From: Vairimorpha necatrix
Taxonomy: Eukaryota
Assembly: GCA_036630325.1 (NCBI GenBank)
Contig: CP142735.1
Location: forward strand, 124,001 to 188,000
DNA length: 64,000 nucleotides
Direction: 5' to 3'
Shown here: in pieces, positions 14,325 through 25,482 of the stretch
How positions within the stretch are numbered: the first letter of the stretch is position 1
Layout of the letters: each line of letters opens with the position of its first letter
The notes under the pieces: generated by a model
Told to the model about the DNA's origin: nothing
The model's database searches: none
The model's input: the letters and a program-made list of their open reading frames with translations, nothing else
Program-made: the position numbers and the translations under genes

Positions 14325-14900
14325 TTATATTTTGTCTGTTTTTTTGGTATTATTAATTAATTCTATTATTTTCTTCTTATATACATCTACTAAAATATCA
14401 AGCGCACTTTTATTTATTCTATCACATCCTTGTTCTTTTAATATTTTACAAACTACATGATCTAGTCCTTCTATTTTACAGAAACCCGGTCCTTCAAAAA
14501 TTTTATCAAAAAAAAAATTATTTTTTTCAACTGGAAGTCGGGAAATCTCCGCATTCTCGACTGCCCGCTTCATCGTATTAGCACACTTTATAAAATACGG
14601 TCCCGCATTATATCGCAAACAATTACTCCAAATAAGATCCAAATCTTTCTTAAATTCATCATAATCTTTATAAGTCCCTATTTTCTTCTGTACTGTTCCC
14701 AAATCCATTGGTTCTTTTATTATTAAATGATAATCTGGCGCCTCTTTCTTAGTAACTTTATTAAGAAAAATATGTGCTTGTGGGTATCCTTTAATAATTG
14801 ACAAGATGTCATTCATCTTAGTAGGAAGAATATAATATTTGTATATGTACGGTGTAATTTCTACAATCGAAAGAAGACATTTATTAATCTTTTTTGACAT
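14325..14900 (-). CDS. Small bromodomain protein with C-terminal histone-fold-like (Bromo_TP-like) segment
   Basis: [18 protein letters not shown] and [10 protein letters not shown] bromodomain motifs; C-terminal [17 protein letters not shown] resembles a Spt7/TAF8-type histone fold. Confidence 0.85.
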   Translation of the reverse strand: MSKKINKCLLSIVEITPYIYKYYILPTKMNDILSIIKGYPQAHIFLNKVTKKEAPDYHLIIKEPMDLGTVQKKIGTYKDYDEFKKDLDLIWSNCLRYNAGPYFIKCANTMKRAVENAEISRLPVEKNNFFFDKIFEGPGFCKIEGLDHVVCKILKEQGCDRINKSALDILVDVYKKKIIELINNTKKTDKI

Positions 14901-14937
14901 GGGGTAAAAAAAAATATTTCAGTTAGAAATTAATAAA

Positions 14938-15099
14938 TTATGGTTTTTTATTAAACGGTCTTATGTTATGTCGTACTTTCATAATGATTCTGTATTTGGA
15001 AAATTCATCTTCTGGTGAAAATTTAGCAGGATGAGCTGATTCAGATCCTTCTGGGTTTAAAGTGTAGACTTTCTTGTTGTCAATAATATTGTAAAACAT
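14938..15099 (-). CDS. NOP10: H/ACA ribonucleoprotein subunit Nop10 (53 aa; absent from ORF track)
   Basis: Manual translation MFYNIIDNKKVYTLNPEGSESAHPAKFSPEDEFSKYRIIMKVRHNIRPFNKKP has the Nop10 VYTL and SAHPAxFSPxD motifs; CCC upstream of ATG. Confidence 0.93.
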   Translation of the reverse strand: MFYNIIDNKKVYTLNPEGSESAHPAKFSPEDEFSKYRIIMKVRHNIRPFNKKP

Positions 15100-15194
15100 A
15101 TAAAAAGGGTTAACGGAAAAATAACAAACACTATAAAATTAATATAGAAGAATGTAAAGCAAAATTTTAACATTTGTAAATATTATAAACTATT

Positions 15195-15530
15195 TTAATT
15201 ACCTATTAAAGCATTTTCTGCTAATTCTGTCAACTTGGAATTTCTTAGATTAGACGACTCTTTACTGTCTTCCTTAGATGAACTACTTTTACTGCTCTTA
15301 CTGCTACTACTCTTGAGATTATTAGAATCTTCAACTGCGCCTGCACCTGCACCTGCAGCCTGTCCCGTATCTTTACCAGAACTACTATCGCCATTTGAAA
15401 ATAGTGGTAAAATTACAACGAGGAATAATACTATCGCTAAAAGTATTACAATTGCAGCCAGAATGATTTTTTTAATTCCAAATCCACCAATTTGTGTCTC
15501 ACCAGATGATTGTTGTTCATTTTCAGCCAT
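15195..15530 (-). CDS. Small single-pass membrane protein with Ser/Lys-rich tail (111 aa)
   Basis: One long hydrophobic helix after KK, then AGAGAG and SSSK low-complexity region. Confidence 0.75.
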   Translation of the reverse strand: MAENEQQSSGETQIGGFGIKKIILAAIVILLAIVLFLVVILPLFSNGDSSSGKDTGQAAGAGAGAVEDSNNLKSSSSKSSKSSSSKEDSKESSNLRNSKLTELAENALIGN

Positions 15531-15682
15531 TTTGAAAACAATAGAAAAAAATTTTATTTATATTTATTACTGTAACATATGTTTCAAAGTAAAACAATGT
15601 AAGAAATAAAAATGTAAAACACAATTGTATGAGGAAAAAAGATTGCATATTTTAAAAATTACGCTATGTTTTTTTAAAAAAT

Positions 15683-16093
15683 TTATTCTTTATTTTCAAT
15701 ATTTTCTAAGTTAATTTCCATCTCTGGTTTATGTTTCACATTTTTCGTACATTTCATTTTTATAAAATCTATTTTCCCTTTTAAATACACCAACTTATCA
15801 AATTCAAGAGCTCTTTGTTTCAAACTTGGTAAAATTTTATTATTGGTCAATTTTTTTAATATTTCAAGTGCTAAAAGTCGTTGTGGTGTACATAAAAAAT
15901 CTAGTAAAAGTACACTAAGATTTTCTAAATCCGTATCTTCTAGATATTTTAATTGTCTGTGCGAATTCTTTTGCAATAAATATTCTGATAAATAAGAAGT
16001 GTCTTCTTGATCTATTGATGATTTGAGCAATAGAGCAGCGGATTTGTCATCTTCAATGGAAACTGATTTATTTCTTTTTAGTTTGCTGGACAT
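15683..16093 (-). CDS. Dip2/Utp12 (Utp5-like) domain protein, SSU processome
   Basis: Leu-rich helical pattern ending R...FDKLVYLKGKID resembles the Utp12 C-terminal domain; CCC before ATG. Confidence 0.6.
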   Translation of the reverse strand: MSSKLKRNKSVSIEDDKSAALLLKSSIDQEDTSYLSEYLLQKNSHRQLKYLEDTDLENLSVLLLDFLCTPQRLLALEILKKLTNNKILPSLKQRALEFDKLVYLKGKIDFIKMKCTKNVKHKPEMEINLENIENKE

Positions 16094-16275
16094 AACAAGG
16101 GATAGAAAAAATTAAAATTAAAAAATTTATTTAAATGAGAAAATAAAGTATTAAAAAAACTTTAATTATTTGATTAATTTGAATAATCGTATATTAGGTT
16201 ATTTATCAATTTCTAAAACACATTTGAAACAGCGTCAAAAAAAACTGTTTTTAATTTACATTGCCCGTTAAAAAA

Positions 16276-17700
16276 ATGATATTTATATTCATAAATACAC
16301 TAATAGCTGTTGAACTAACAGAAAAAGGTTATTTGTACTCAATAGGAGAACAGAAATTTCTATCACTTGACTTTGATCATATTAGACTTTTACCAAGACA
16401 TACAATGCCTCAGCCATTTGAAATTGAACAAAGAGAAGGTGACGAAACTTGGAAGTTAAAGATTATGCCTTCGCCGAGAAAAAAAAAACAAGTAATCGAC
16501 AAAGACTGGTGGACAAATGACCATAGATTAATTTCACACGAGGCAACAGAATGGGAAAGTGAAAAATTTATTTTTTCATTACAACCAAAAAATTTGATAA
16601 AAATAGTAGTTAAAGAAGATTGTATTCAAACGGAAGATAAGGGATATGTGAGAGCTATGACGTGTAATAATGATGATAAACAGTTATTTAGATGGATTCC
16701 TGATTACGACAGAGGCATCGTTGAAGAGTTTGTAGAAAGACATGGAGGAGTTGTAAATCTTAGAAGAGGTGTGGACCAACAAGGAAATCCACTATATGAA
16801 AATAATTATGGATTGATTGATCCGTCATCAAGGAGACCAGATAGTATTGGTAGAATGGATGATGGTGGTATATTTATACCACCGCCAAGAGGGTTGAGAC
16901 GTCGTAATTCGGATTTTGGCTCATCTAATCGATCAAGACGAAAGTCCTATGATCCAAATTGTGACTTTATATCTCCTGGAGGAGCACCGGGCTACAGAGG
17001 ACAGGGATCATATAACAATGACAGAAATGATCTTTATGGTTTAAGAGATCCTCGTTATGGAGGCCGAGATCCACGCTATGGAAATGATTCTTATGGCTTA
17101 CTAGATCCACGCTATGGCAATAGAAATGATTCATATGGCTTACTAGATCCACGCTATGGCAATAGAAATGATTCTTATGGCTTACGAGATCCACGCTATG
17201 GTAATAGAAATGATTCTTATGGCTTACGAGATCCACGCTATGGCAATAGAAATGATTATTATGGCGGAGGAAATTCTTATAGGCCATCCAGTGGTCAATA
17301 TTTTCCTGATTGTTCAGAATTTCCGCCATCATATAATGAACTTTTTCCAGCACAAAATGTCAGACCAATATATCCCCAAAACAATACTTTCAATTTGCCT
17401 CCATACGGCGATCCTAATAATTATAACATGCCAAGAAGAGATGTTAATTTTGAAAATATGGCAAAAATTTATCCACAGTTGAAAAGGCGTCCGTCAGGCA
17501 GTGGCGGTAAGGTTATTTACAGGTATAAAAAGAACAAACATGATATATCCAGTGATTGTGACAGTTCAGATAGTAGTGAAGATTATAGTACTAAAAGACC
17601 AAATAAAAAACACAAAAAATACAATGTCTATGATAATGGTTGTAATACAAATGATCATCTAGAAGATGTAATTTGTAGCATGAATAGTGTGGTCTTTTGA
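16276..17700 (+). CDS. Secreted ricin-B-lectin-like protein with internal DPRYG tandem repeats
   Basis: First ATG at 16276 (CCC upstream) gives signal peptide MIFIFINTLIA; beta-trefoil-like C..C..QLFRW segment; repeat region; basic C-terminus. Confidence 0.75.
   Translation: MIFIFINTLIAVELTEKGYLYSIGEQKFLSLDFDHIRLLPRHTMPQPFEIEQREGDETWKLKIMPSPRKKKQVIDKDWWTNDHRLISHEATEWESEKFIFSLQPKNLIKIVVKEDCIQTEDKGYVRAMTCNNDDKQLFRWIPDYDRGIVEEFVERHGGVVNLRRGVDQQGNPLYENNYGLIDPSSRRPDSIGRMDDGGIFIPPPRGLRRRNSDFGSSNRSRRKSYDPNCDFISPGGAPGYRGQGSYNNDRNDLYGLRDPRYGGRDPRYGNDSYGLLDPRYGNRNDSYGLLDPRYGNRNDSYGLRDPRYGNRNDSYGLRDPRYGNRNDYYGGGNSYRPSSGQYFPDCSEFPPSYNELFPAQNVRPIYPQNNTFNLPPYGDPNNYNMPRRDVNFENMAKIYPQLKRRPSGSGGKVIYRYKKNKHDISSDCDSSDSSEDYSTKRPNKKHKKYNVYDNGCNTNDHLEDVICSMNSVVF
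17019..17265 (+). repeat. Coding tandem repeat, 42-nt unit (NRNDSYGL[L/R]DPRYG) plus truncated units
   Basis: Six GATCC(A/T)CG(C/T)TATGG copies are visible. Confidence 0.95.
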
Positions 17701-17854
17701 TATTAAAAAATGGACTTACTTTGTAGAACGTTTAATTTTGGTTAATATATTTATTTAGAAATAAGTGATCTTGCTATTTTTTACTCCTTTTTAATGTCCA
17801 ATAAAATTTTTTACTCCTTTAATTATTTAAATATTATTTTTTTACTAATTTCTC

Positions 17855-18484
17855 ATGGAAATGCATCACTTACTTAACAAATGCACAAAGAAATTAGAAT
17901 TTCTGGTTATATCTTTCGTTGTCAGTTTTTATCTGTTGTCGATTTATGACACAATCTTCTCTTCACATAAAATTATCCCATTGTATTTCTGCTTATTATC
18001 TTTGTATTACTATATCTCTCTACTTACATGTGTACCAGGGGAATACATAGACTTTAACACAGTAGAAAGGATTTGTAAAAAATGTAATCGGCTTAGTGGC
18101 CGCCAAAGTGTACATTGTGAAATTTGTAATAGATGTTTTTATAAACGAGACCATCACTGCGTTATAACAGGAAAATGTATCGAATCAAATAATCTTAAGT
18201 ACATGTATCTTACTGTATTATTCCTATTTATTTACTCATTATTTGCTATGTTTAGAACTGGTGGTCTCAAAGAATTAACATTCTTTTACAATTTCACATG
18301 TATTCTTAGTGGATTTTTATTAATTTGGGTTACACTGCTCATTTTAACTGATAAAACTACTGCAAATTTATTAAAAGATATAGATATAAAAGATTTGCGA
18401 CTGAAAAATATTAAAAAAATTGTCGAAAATGGATGGATTTGTACATTGTGTCCTGTGTTTTATAGATCGGTTAAAACAACTTGA
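17855..18484 (+). CDS. DHHC palmitoyltransferase
   Basis: CxxC..HCEICNRC...RDHHC..TGKCI cysteine-rich domain with flanking TM helices. Confidence 0.95.
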   Translation: MEMHHLLNKCTKKLEFLVISFVVSFYLLSIYDTIFSSHKIIPLYFCLLSLYYYISLLTCVPGEYIDFNTVERICKKCNRLSGRQSVHCEICNRCFYKRDHHCVITGKCIESNNLKYMYLTVLFLFIYSLFAMFRTGGLKELTFFYNFTCILSGFLLIWVTLLILTDKTTANLLKDIDIKDLRLKNIKKIVENGWICTLCPVFYRSVKTT

Positions 18485-18537
18485 AAAATTAAACGTTAAC
18501 TTTGTCTATAAAAAAAATATTAATTTTAAAGTCAATT

Positions 18538-18996
18538 TTATTTTCTTTTTTTATTTGCTGCTTTATTCATTTCATTCCGTTTTATTCGTTCTTTTTTCTC
18601 ACGTTTCAAATCATTGTATGATTTTTCTCCTTCTATTATAGCTGATTTCATAACTAAATTTTTTTTAGAATATGGACCAAATCTCGGAACATATTTTTTT
18701 AGTTCCTCGTCGTAAACCAATGTTCCTTTTTTCTTTTTTATTCCTTTTTTAAGAGCAAATGCTTCCCATTTTGTTTTAGTATTATTTTCAGAATATTGTA
18801 AAGGAAGTTTATAATCTGCGCTATCCAATACATATACTAAGTCGAGATCTTTTTGGACGCTTTTGTGTTCTTTTATTTTACATTTCATGTAAAATATCAT
18901 TTTTGAAGCTTCTTTGTTGATTTCAATGTGGAAATTCTCTTTTTCTGGAAATTCAATGTCGTTTTTGACGGTAAGAAAATTTAATAAAGCTTTCAT
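18538..18996 (-). CDS. RRS1: Ribosome biogenesis regulatory protein Rrs1
   Basis: TKWEAFALKKGIKKKK..LVYDEE.KKYVPRFG motif. Confidence 0.9.
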   Translation of the reverse strand: MKALLNFLTVKNDIEFPEKENFHIEINKEASKMIFYMKCKIKEHKSVQKDLDLVYVLDSADYKLPLQYSENNTKTKWEAFALKKGIKKKKGTLVYDEELKKYVPRFGPYSKKNLVMKSAIIEGEKSYNDLKREKKERIKRNEMNKAANKKRK

Positions 18997-19699
18997 GGGT
19001 TAAAAAATAATCGCAAATTAATTTAAAGAGATAAAAAGCTCTAAAACATGTTTTTTCGAAAGTAATATTTGTCATTTGAAAAAAAACTATATATTCAAAA
19101 AAAATATCTAAAGGCGTGCTCATTTCAATATAAAATTAATGATTTTGTTACTTTAAATGTGCTTAAATATTAGCTGTTTTATGTAATATAAAGACATGTA
19201 ATTAATAACATTTTTGGTTTTCATTTTGTCAAATTTTATAATACCTGTTGATTTAAATAAGTCTTCATTTATTTAATATGAAAATATGGACATAAAAAAT
19301 CAACAACAATTTATATATCCAAATAATTTTGTACTATTAATTTAAAAATCTTCCATGTAATTCCTAAGCTAAAGCACTTATTTGTAGTCTCGAGCAAAAG
19401 GCTGCTGAGCCATACTAGTTAATTACTCTTTTTTTTTCTTATAACATTAATCTGTATTTGATCTTAATAAAAGATAAATTTAGGTTATTTGAAAAATAAA
19501 CTTCAATCATCACATATTTACATTTTTTTATACAATAAATATGTTTTAACTTCTACAGAATATAACTCTATGATAAAAAAAACACAAAGTTATAATTTAA
19601 CAAAATAAAAGACTAATAAAAAAAAAATTGTACTATCATATTATGAAAATAATTAATTCCTAATCAGAGTATTTTTTTAATGTAAAAATACCGCAAGAG

Positions 19700-20450
19700 A
19701 TGATTTGAGCATGATCGTCGATAGACAGATGTGGTGTCAGTTAAAAGAATTTTAAAAAGTTACTATTTGTGACAATATACTTTCATTCGGGATATTAATG
19801 ACGATCATAACCGTGTAATTATTATATGTATTGTACAATCTATACAATAGAACTACAAACACTAAATAAACAAAAACCTGTAAACACAACCTCCTATTTA
19901 AGTTATGTCAGTAATTTTTTCAATATACCAAGAATTATTATGCGAGAAATCCTCAAAAATTGCAACGTTTTTTACCACAAACTTTATAAACGAACGAAGC
20001 ACACGTATAAGCACATATTAGCATGAAGATCGTTCTAGAATTTATCTCCGTGGTGTTATATTTGAGGCTCTATGCCAATAAAAACAAGAAATGAGATGGT
20101 TACTAACAACCATAGGTGCTATTCTGAAGTAAGGATTTTGATGAAATTCTGTCAGCTTTAGAAGAGTTATTGAAGTTAGAAAATGAATTCAACCTCTATG
20201 GGATTCCTAGCAAACTAAGGTGCGACAACAGAAAAGAGTTTACTATTCCACTTTAATTTGAATTCTGCAAAGAAAAAATTTTGCACTAATTGATGGCAGA
20301 CCTATACATACTCAAGTTAAGGTCAAGTCTAGAGATTTAATGAAATTCCTTTTGGTTCTTGGATAACGTCTCTAAGCAGAATTTGGTTCTAGAGATGAAA
20401 ATGTGTTGTATTTTTAGGTACATTCATAAAAGTACAACTTCGCTGTGCAT
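19700..20450 (+). pseudogene. Degenerate retroviral-type integrase (Ginger/TDD- or gypsy-like)
   Basis: Fragments YGIPSKLRCDNRKEFT and DGRPIHTQV followed by RFN, broken by stops and frameshifts; boundaries approximate. Confidence 0.6.
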
Positions 20451-21724
20451 TTATATCTATATTATTATGTTAAGTAGAATGATGTTGTTTAACACTTGTA
20501 TAGACAGAAACGACAACAAAAAATTTTAAATAGATATATAAATATAAAAAACGTATATCGAAATAAAATAGCGTCATTAAACAAAATTGGATTAAATAGA
20601 CAAAGAACGTGTTTTAATTTTTCAAATTTTTTTCTTATGCCAAAATGGTATTTTTTGTAAAAAAAATTGTTTAAAATCTATGTTAAAAGATATAAAATAA
20701 GCCTGTTTTGTTTTAAATTCAAAGAGGTAATTTTAACCTTGTATAATATCATTTAAATTTATTTTTAAAAATTCTGAAGAATTTTTTTATGAATTTGACG
20801 AAAAAATATTCTTTATTTTTAAATTTACATGCTTATTTCAATATAATTCTTTTCAATTCCATTTCAGCACTATTACAATAAAATATAAACATAGACATTT
20901 GACATCTACACCAATTTTACACAACATATTAAATTAATATATTCTTTTGTAAATAAATTTTTTTTTTCGAGTAATGCGATTTAGTATTAAAATATAAACC
21001 TAAAATTAAATCCTATTTTATGTTGTTCTAGACTAAACATATATATTAATATTATAACTTGTATAAATATATACATTATTTGTAAAATTGAAACAGTCTT
21101 AGATATAAATACGGTAAAACTTCTTGTAAGTATTTTTTATTTTTTTTATCCGTAAAATAATGTATACACATCTATAACAAACATTATTTAGAAGGAAAAA
21201 AATTTATAATTATGAGGAAGGTTTTAAGAATCTACACATTATCATGATTTATAGACGGAATATGTTCATTAAAATTAATTCTTTACTGTTGAAAGCAACT
21301 TTAATATAAATACTTAAAACTGACTGCAAAAAAAAATTTAGTGTCGAATAGAGTACTTCTTATAGTCTAGACGTCAAATTTATTCTATAATTATTACTAG
21401 ATCTTTATTTTTAGATGATATTATTGTTTTTTTTTTAATATTTTTTACTAACATCTTTTTTGATATATTTTAAATATCTTCCATTACTGCATGTTTTTTA
21501 CAACAACAATTATCGTATGTTAGAACGAAATTTAATCAATTTGAGTATCCAACTAGGTTTGCGATAATAATTACATCTACATGCATATTTTCCTTACAAT
21601 AATATCTTTCGTAGTATATTTATATATATATTAATAATATTAGAAGAATATAAGTAGACTTGTATCAAAACATCTATGTATAAAAGTTTATATGTATTTT
21701 CCATCATCATTTTACAATATAGAA

Positions 21725-21796
21725 ACTTTTTGCAGCCAATCAAATCTGTCCATTTGAAAAGATACGTTCGGTTAGTGCTTGATCGGCTACGACAAT
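21725..21796 (-). repeat. 72-bp hairpin repeat, copy 1 (other copy 43880-43951)
   Basis: Clear similarity to the second copy; 12-bp stem on the minus strand. Confidence 0.8.
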
Positions 21797-21928
21797 CCAT
21801 ATATATTAATAAAAAAAATAAAATTGAACCTTTTAGACAATAAAATGATATTTTTAGCGTGCTATTTAATTTAAAGAACGTAAAAACAAAATATCACATG
21901 ATTTTTCGATAAAATAAAAACGAAAACT

Positions 21929-23794
21929 TTATTTCGATAACTTAAATCTCATATTAGGAATCCTGTAGATTTTATAAAGTAGTGTTAAGACAATAATCAA
22001 AAATAAACAAGATCCAAACATACAAAAAACTGTAATAAAATCTGCCCATTTGCCGAATGTATTGTAAATGATTGTATTTGCTGCACCTTCTTCATATGAG
22101 TTCTTAATAATTTCTTTGACGCATGTTTCATTCAAAAATTCACAAATTGCAGTCTTATTTCTAAATTTTTCAGCCAATCCAAAACATCTCATTCTCAAAA
22201 AAAGTCTATAATTGATTATTGGGATGCTTGATATTAAATAATAAATGAAACCATCATATTCCAGTTCAAGTAAATCTTTGCCAATAATAACATCTGCTAA
22301 ACTTTGTATAAACAAACATGTAAAAAAAAGCTTGGCATTGTATCCAATAAAAATAGATATGAAAGTGGACAAAAAAATGTATATAGCAGTCGAAATACTG
22401 AAAACTAAAAACACTATTGGATGAAATAAGATATTTCGAAAAATTAAAAGACAAATGCAGAATTTGATAAAAAAGAAAAGGAAATTTCTAATTAGACAAT
22501 GATAAAGTATTGCCATAAAATATGTACCATATGTGTATTTGCCGTTTAAATATTCAAGAAGAAAACATTGTTCGTCTTTACAAGTTCCCGTTTGTGGAAA
22601 TAAATACCAAATAGACACAATATCATGATATAAATGATTAACTACACCAAAACTGAAACTCAAGATTTCACCATAAGAGCATTGTTTCAACTCATCATAA
22701 AAATCCAAATGTTCAGATGAAGAAGACTTATTGTAAAGACCTATTGCTCCAAAAAAAAGCGCTATGATTCCAAGTATCGCCGCGCTGCCTGTACTTATTG
22801 ATCGTTGTTTGTATTTACTTTTAGTCGTAACGGCATACTTCATTATCTTCCAACTATCATATAATTTAGGTTTGAAAACAAGAGTCTTGTAATTATTGCA
22901 TATTACAGCTGTATTTTCGTTTCTACATGTTGCATTGTTTTTTTCAACTATATTTTCAACATTCGATTTATTTTTTTTAGCTTCGGGAAACTTGGAACGA
23001 TCAGATATAATAACGAGCAATAATTCCGGCAGCGATAACTCTGATTCTGTAGAGATCCCATTTTCAACCAAAAAAGATTCTAATTGTTTATATGGCCCAA
23101 TATAAAATACTCCTAATTTCACTAATACAATTAAATCATCAAAGTAGCTGAAAAGACTGGCACCAGGTTGATGAATTGTAGATATAACCATACAATTATG
23201 ATCCTGTGCATATTTTTTTAAAGTGTAAATAATTTTTAATGCTGTATTTGAATCTAGCCCAGTTGTAGGTTCATCTAAAATCAAAATTTCTGGATCATTA
23301 ATCATAGATATGGCGATCAAAGCTCTTTTACGTTCACCTCCTGAAAGTGCTCCAACGAGACAATTTTTTTTGTGCAATATCGCGCATCCGTCAAGTATCT
23401 TGTCGGCTTTACGTTCGTCAAATTCACAATATTTTGCCTCACCAAGAGACATATAATATTTCATATGATCATAAATTGACAAGTCAGGATAAAATACATC
23501 ATCTTGGGGAACATATGAAAACTTCAGTTTCCATTCTTCTGGGTCTCTTTCTTCGCCATTGTATAATATTCTACCATATGTTTTTGATTTTTCACTAATA
23601 TTTCCGACAAGCATTCTAAGTAAATGAGTTTTACCACATCCACTAGAGCCAAGTACGGCTGTAAGTTTCCCAGACTCAATTTTACCAGATAAGGATTTCA
23701 AAATCTCAGCGTATTGACCATGTATATTTGGATCGACATTTGGTACGTCGTAATAAAGATTTTCAAATTGAAGTGTTTTGGTTTCTCTTTGCAT
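21929..23794 (-). CDS. ABCG-family half transporter (NBD-TMD)
   Basis: Walker A GSSGCGKT, signature LSGGE, Walker B ILILDEP, TIHQP H-loop, C-terminal TM helices. Confidence 0.95.
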   Translation of the reverse strand: MQRETKTLQFENLYYDVPNVDPNIHGQYAEILKSLSGKIESGKLTAVLGSSGCGKTHLLRMLVGNISEKSKTYGRILYNGEERDPEEWKLKFSYVPQDDVFYPDLSIYDHMKYYMSLGEAKYCEFDERKADKILDGCAILHKKNCLVGALSGGERKRALIAISMINDPEILILDEPTTGLDSNTALKIIYTLKKYAQDHNCMVISTIHQPGASLFSYFDDLIVLVKLGVFYIGPYKQLESFLVENGISTESELSLPELLLVIISDRSKFPEAKKNKSNVENIVEKNNATCRNENTAVICNNYKTLVFKPKLYDSWKIMKYAVTTKSKYKQRSISTGSAAILGIIALFFGAIGLYNKSSSSEHLDFYDELKQCSYGEILSFSFGVVNHLYHDIVSIWYLFPQTGTCKDEQCFLLEYLNGKYTYGTYFMAILYHCLIRNFLFFFIKFCICLLIFRNILFHPIVFLVFSISTAIYIFLSTFISIFIGYNAKLFFTCLFIQSLADVIIGKDLLELEYDGFIYYLISSIPIINYRLFLRMRCFGLAEKFRNKTAICEFLNETCVKEIIKNSYEEGAANTIIYNTFGKWADFITVFCMFGSCLFLIIVLTLLYKIYRIPNMRFKLSK

Positions 23795-24970
23795 TTTAGG
23801 ACTGTCTTAGATTTCATATTATTATGAAAAAAAGGAGTATTAATTAAATTAAATCTTTATGTTTTTGATTTGCTAAACTTCTTTAAACCTCTAACAAAAT
23901 GTTTGTCTTTTACAATTTTATCTCATATATTTTTTTATTTGTTCTGTCGAGTATACCATTAACCGTAAACGGTAGTTGCGAGATTTGTTTTTCTGGAAAA
24001 AATATCATTTTTAGAAACGAAAACTGATCCTTTTACTAAAAAGTAAAATTGATTTTATTGTATAGAAGCTGTACGTATAAATCAGAGGATATTTGTTTTA
24101 TGTTGAGGCAACTTGCAAAAAAGCAAATTAAAAAAGTTGTATTTTAATTTTTTTTGCTACTAATATTGATTTAAAAGATAATTCTTCCTGTAATTAGTGT
24201 AATCAAGTAAATACCACCAAAAAGGGGTTTATACATGAATGCCATACTCAGAACCAATTTGACGATATAAACTATAAGAGGCTTCTTCTTTCTTATAATA
24301 TTCTATAGTATGATATGTAGAATGTTTTACATTATTACCGTCTTAAAATACCATCAAAACGATAATATTTGAATGAAAGAGATTAAAATTTATTTAAAAT
24401 GGAATATAATCTGCGATATATTTAATCTCCTAAAAACTTAATCAATTACTCACAAACTCTTTCGATGACGTTCTGATCTAATATTAGCGTGGGAACTGCC
24501 AGAAAAGACAATATTAAAGAAAATATGAGGTTCACTTAGACACATAGTTTATCTTAGATGTGCCTAATATAACTAATGAATTTTAGAATATAATTTTTTA
24601 ATTAAATTGACGTGGGTATAAAATCTATAAAATATAAGTTGATAAGTAAAAATGATTTATTCTGAGATAATAAACTAAACTACACTTAAGAAAGTTTCAG
24701 AATATTAACTTTATTTAAAAAGATTCTAAACACAAAGTAAACATTATTTTGCCGTACAATCTCGACAATTTTATCATACTAATAATTACTGTTAGATAAA
24801 AGATTTAAATTATTTTCTATTATCCAAATTTAAATCATTTTAGTCAAGTTTGATAATATAATAATATATTAGGAATTATAAATTATTTAAGATATCTTAA
24901 GTTACATAAACAGAATTTCTCATAAGTATAAACAAACAAGTGTATTATTATTTTTTTATATATTTTAATT

Positions 24971-25482
24971 TTCTTTGCAAGCAAGGGCAAGGGAAACTCT
25001 TACATTGGTAACAGAGGGATTTAGGTGTGGTCTTTGTCAAATTGGTACTATGAGATTCTTAATCGCTATTACTTCTTCAATATACTTGCCGGTGCAACAA
25101 TCTCCGCCGTACCCATTGGACTTTGGCTCTCGATAACATTTTTCCATTTATACCTCAAATCGCGTCCAGAGTGACCCCAAAGCGGATATAATCAACGGGC
25201 ATAGTTTTAATAACCCGAGGATAAACATCGCCGTACTAGCTAAAAGGTTCCTACAATCATCTTTATGACACATGGCTCCTTATACCGCCACATCACTAGC
25301 CCGGCATTTTTATTGGGCTGTGTTGACCACCAGTCATCCTCTAGTTTCGTAAAAATGCTATAGAATCTCGTAAAAGGAGTTTACGAGACCTTTTATTGCC
25401 TTACTTCGTCTAGTCTTTTAGTTAGCTCTAGGATCACACCAAGATGTATCAAAAATGGGCTCTTACTGGGGAGTACCCATCA
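24971..25482. repeat. ~510-bp GC-rich dispersed non-coding repeat, copy 1
   Basis: Colinear similarity to 49183-49699 (ACCTCAAATCGCG.CCAGAGTGACC; CCGCCACAT.ACTAGCC; GTTGACCAC; ATGGGC..CCCATCA). Confidence 0.8.

Noticed and set aside
15235..15609. Leu-rich plus-strand ORF
   Set aside because: Antisense shadow of the Ser-rich gene at 15195-15530
16967..17482. Repetitive alternative-frame and antisense ORFs; CRISPR-like appearance
   Set aside because: By-products of the 42-nt coding tandem repeat; no unique spacers, eukaryotic context
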